NCBI GenBank assembly: GCA_963813535.1
Contig: CAWEZH010000002.1
Coordinates: forward strand, 160,001-224,000
Length of the DNA stretch: 64,000 nt
Direction: 5' to 3'
From: an uncultured Chloroflexia bacterium
GTDB taxonomy: Bacteria > Chloroflexota > Limnocylindria > Limnocylindrales > CSP1-4
The first letter of the stretch is position 1. Every line of letters starts with the position of its first letter. The notes beneath the pieces are model-generated. The model saw only the letters and a program-made list of their open reading frames with translations, had not been told where the DNA came from and made no database searches. Positions 62,195 through 64,000 of this stretch are shown here, piece by piece. Position numbers and translations under genes: made by a program.

Positions 62195-62223
62195 TAGCAA
62201 GGTAGCAACTAAGCTGGTATGGT
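62195..62223 (+). promoter_or_regulatory. Probable TA promoter/operator
   Basis: TAGCAA direct repeats (62195, 62203); -10 TATGGT 7 nt before ATG 62231. Confidence 0.45.
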
Positions 62224-62230
62224 TGCCGGC

Positions 62231-62482
62231 ATGAAGGTGACGATCGATATCGATCCGGATCTGTACCGCGCGATCAAGGTCGAGGCAGCTCGATCGGACG
62301 AGAACGTTCGCGAGCTCGTCGGGAAGGCGCTAGAGGCGCTGCTCGCAGAGCGCGAGATCATCGAGGACCGGGCATCCGCCGACGAGGCCTTGGCCGAATA
62401 TCGGCGCGACGGGGGTGAGGCCGCGGAATCGTTCTTCGAGTCCTTGGCCGCGGAGACGAAGGCGACCTACGGCGATCGGTGA
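62231..62482 (+). CDS. Ribbon-helix-helix antitoxin
   Basis: MKVTIDIDPDLYRAIKVEAA; acidic C-terminus; overlaps the toxin start (GTGA). Confidence 0.75.
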   Translation: MKVTIDIDPDLYRAIKVEAARSDENVRELVGKALEALLAEREIIEDRASADEALAEYRRDGGEAAESFFESLAAETKATYGDR

Positions 62483-62751
62483 CCGAACGTCGATATCGGG
62501 TCGAGATCTCGCCCGCCGCGGGGCGGCAGCTTCGTCGATTGCCCCCCGGGGATGCGGCCCGTCTTCGGGCGCCGATCCTGGCCCTCGCGATCGACCCGCG
62601 ACCGCCGGGCTCGGCCAAGGTGCGTGACAGCGAGTTCTGGCGGGTTCGCACCGGCCAGCTCCGCGTCATCTATGCCATCGACGATGCCGAGCGGCTCGTC
62701 GTCGTCCTGCGTGTAGCCCGTCGATCCGAGGGGACCTACCGACACACCTGA
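62479..62751 (+). CDS. RelE/ParE family toxin
   Basis: YRVEISPAAGRQLRRL..PRPPGSAKV..WRVRTGQLRVIYAIDD..VVLRVARR. Confidence 0.9.
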   Translation: MTERRYRVEISPAAGRQLRRLPPGDAARLRAPILALAIDPRPPGSAKVRDSEFWRVRTGQLRVIYAIDDAERLVVVLRVARRSEGTYRHT

Positions 62752-62905
62752 TCGAGGGTCGCTGGCAAAGGACGCCCGACCCGTCCCATCGAAAACGTAC
62801 CTTCGACGAGCGCGGATATCGACCTTTGTCGCGGCGATTTCGAGCTCGTCTGGCGTCGAATGGGCAGTGGCGGAATGACCGCCGCCGTCCACGGAGATAC
62901 CGACA

Positions 62906-63661
62906 ATGCACAAGCTCGTTTTCGCGGCCTCGCTGGTGGCCGTGCTCGTCCTCGCCGCGTGTGGATCGCCCACGCCGCCACCCAGCCAGCCGGCCGACGT
63001 GCCGCCGAGCCAGCCCGCCGTCTCGGCGCCGCCGGTCTCACCGGCGCCGTCGACCCCGACCGATCCCGCCACGCCGGATCCGGCTGATCCGACGGCCGAG
63101 CCGCCGGTCGCCACGCCCGCCCCGACGGTGCGCCCGACTCCCAAGCCGACGCCGCGCCCGACCGAGCCGGTGTTCACGCGGGCCGAGCGCTACCTGATCG
63201 ACGGCATCATGCGTGGAGAGGGTGACTGCTCGCCCGTGCGTGGTAGTCGCCTGCCGGGCGAGGCCATCGCAGGGATCGACTGCGACCTCATCGGATCGCC
63301 CGTCGCCCGTGTCGGCTACTACCTCTTCCGGAGCGACGACGCCATGCTCGACGCGTACTTGGCCCGGGTCGACGCCGAGGGTCTCGTACTCGAGAGCGGC
63401 GCCTGCGCTCCGGGCGAGGGCGAGTCCGGCTACGTCCCGTGGGACGAGGCCGATGGGCTGGCCCCCTACCGACATGCGTGCTTCGTCAACCAGGACGGCT
63501 ACGGCAACTATCGCGTCACCCTGCCCGGTGCCCACGTCTATGTCGGACTGCTCTCTCGATCAGAGTCGATGAGCAAGCTGTCTGACTGGGCGTTCTTCGG
63601 GAGCGTGGATACGCCGGGCTTCCCGACCATGTGGTCCCAGGGCTTCGTGTACCGACCCTAA
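62906..63661 (+). CDS. Pro-rich lipoprotein with Cys-containing extracellular domain
   Basis: RBS GGAG, lipobox LAACG, PTPKPTP linker. Confidence 0.75.
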   Translation: MHKLVFAASLVAVLVLAACGSPTPPPSQPADVPPSQPAVSAPPVSPAPSTPTDPATPDPADPTAEPPVATPAPTVRPTPKPTPRPTEPVFTRAERYLIDGIMRGEGDCSPVRGSRLPGEAIAGIDCDLIGSPVARVGYYLFRSDDAMLDAYLARVDAEGLVLESGACAPGEGESGYVPWDEADGLAPYRHACFVNQDGYGNYRVTLPGAHVYVGLLSRSESMSKLSDWAFFGSVDTPGFPTMWSQGFVYRP

Positions 63662-63680
63662 GGCCAGCCTCGTGGCGTAC

Positions 63681-63710
63681 GGGCCCATCAACCGTTCGGT
63701 TGATGGGCTC
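63681..63710. promoter_or_regulatory. Long palindrome upstream of the ABC gene (regulator site or terminator)
   Basis: GGGCCCATCAACCG-TT-CGGTTGATGGGCTC. Confidence 0.55.
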
Positions 63711-63784
63711 ACCCACCGAACAGGGCTCTGGAAGTGACCGTGCCGCCGATGTGTCAGCGGGGGTCGTGAGCCCATCCTCGAGGC

Positions 63785-64000
63785 ATGAGCCTCATCGAAG
63801 TCGACAACATCTCCAAACGGTACGGCGACCGCGTCGTCGTCGATGGCGTGTCGTTCGCCGTCGAGCAGGGCGAGATCTTCGCCATCCTCGGGCCGAACGG
63901 CGCCGGGAAGACCACCACCGTCGAATCCATCGCCGGACTGCGCACGCCCGACTCCGGAACGATCCGGGTCATGGGTCTCGATCCGCGGTATGACCGCGAC
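63785..64000 (+). CDS. ABC transporter ATP-binding protein (partial)
   Basis: MSLIEVDNISKRYG..GEIFAILGPNGAGKTT Walker A. Confidence 0.92.
   Translation, partial: MSLIEVDNISKRYGDRVVVDGVSFAVEQGEIFAILGPNGAGKTTTVESIAGLRTPDSGTIRVMGLDPRYDRD

Noticed and set aside
1-64000. Prophage, IS, integrase, tRNA or rRNA
   Set aside because: No recognisable transposase, integrase, phage structural gene or structural RNA was seen by eye, so the island's mobility and boundaries are unsupported.

Overview
GC-rich bacterial DNA. The protein styles (Pro-rich lipoproteins, ECF/anti-sigma pairs, apparently leaderless genes) suggest Chloroflexota/Actinomycetota-like; this is inference only. Many genes are broken by single-base indels, probably long-read assembly errors, so several features are reconstructions across frameshifts. 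The first ~23 kb is a dense, mostly signal-peptide-less protease/hydrolase island: alpha/beta hydrolase, M4-like metalloprotease coupled to an MBL hydrolase, C39-like peptidase with SH3, tandem UDG-domain protein, amidohydrolase-S41 fusion, HExxHxxGxxD metalloprotease, M36/M4-like metalloprotease, three CHAT (caspase-like) proteases (two receptor-like) and a possible beta-pore-forming protein. Two of the metalloproteases each have a neighbouring small gene encoding a free-standing copy of one of their own non-catalytic domains. This island is the best candidate for an undescribed regulated proteolytic cascade or conflict system. The rest is accessory/metabolic: ECF sigma factors (one with twin face-to-face promoters), TetR with three operators, MFS transporters, oxidoreductases, an atypical P450, an anti-sigma-like gene with a 705-bp internal duplication, a ~2,270-aa HAF-repeat/double glycoside hydrolase, a RelE-type TA pair and a partial ABC ATPase. 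No rRNA, tRNA, CRISPR array or transposase was seen.
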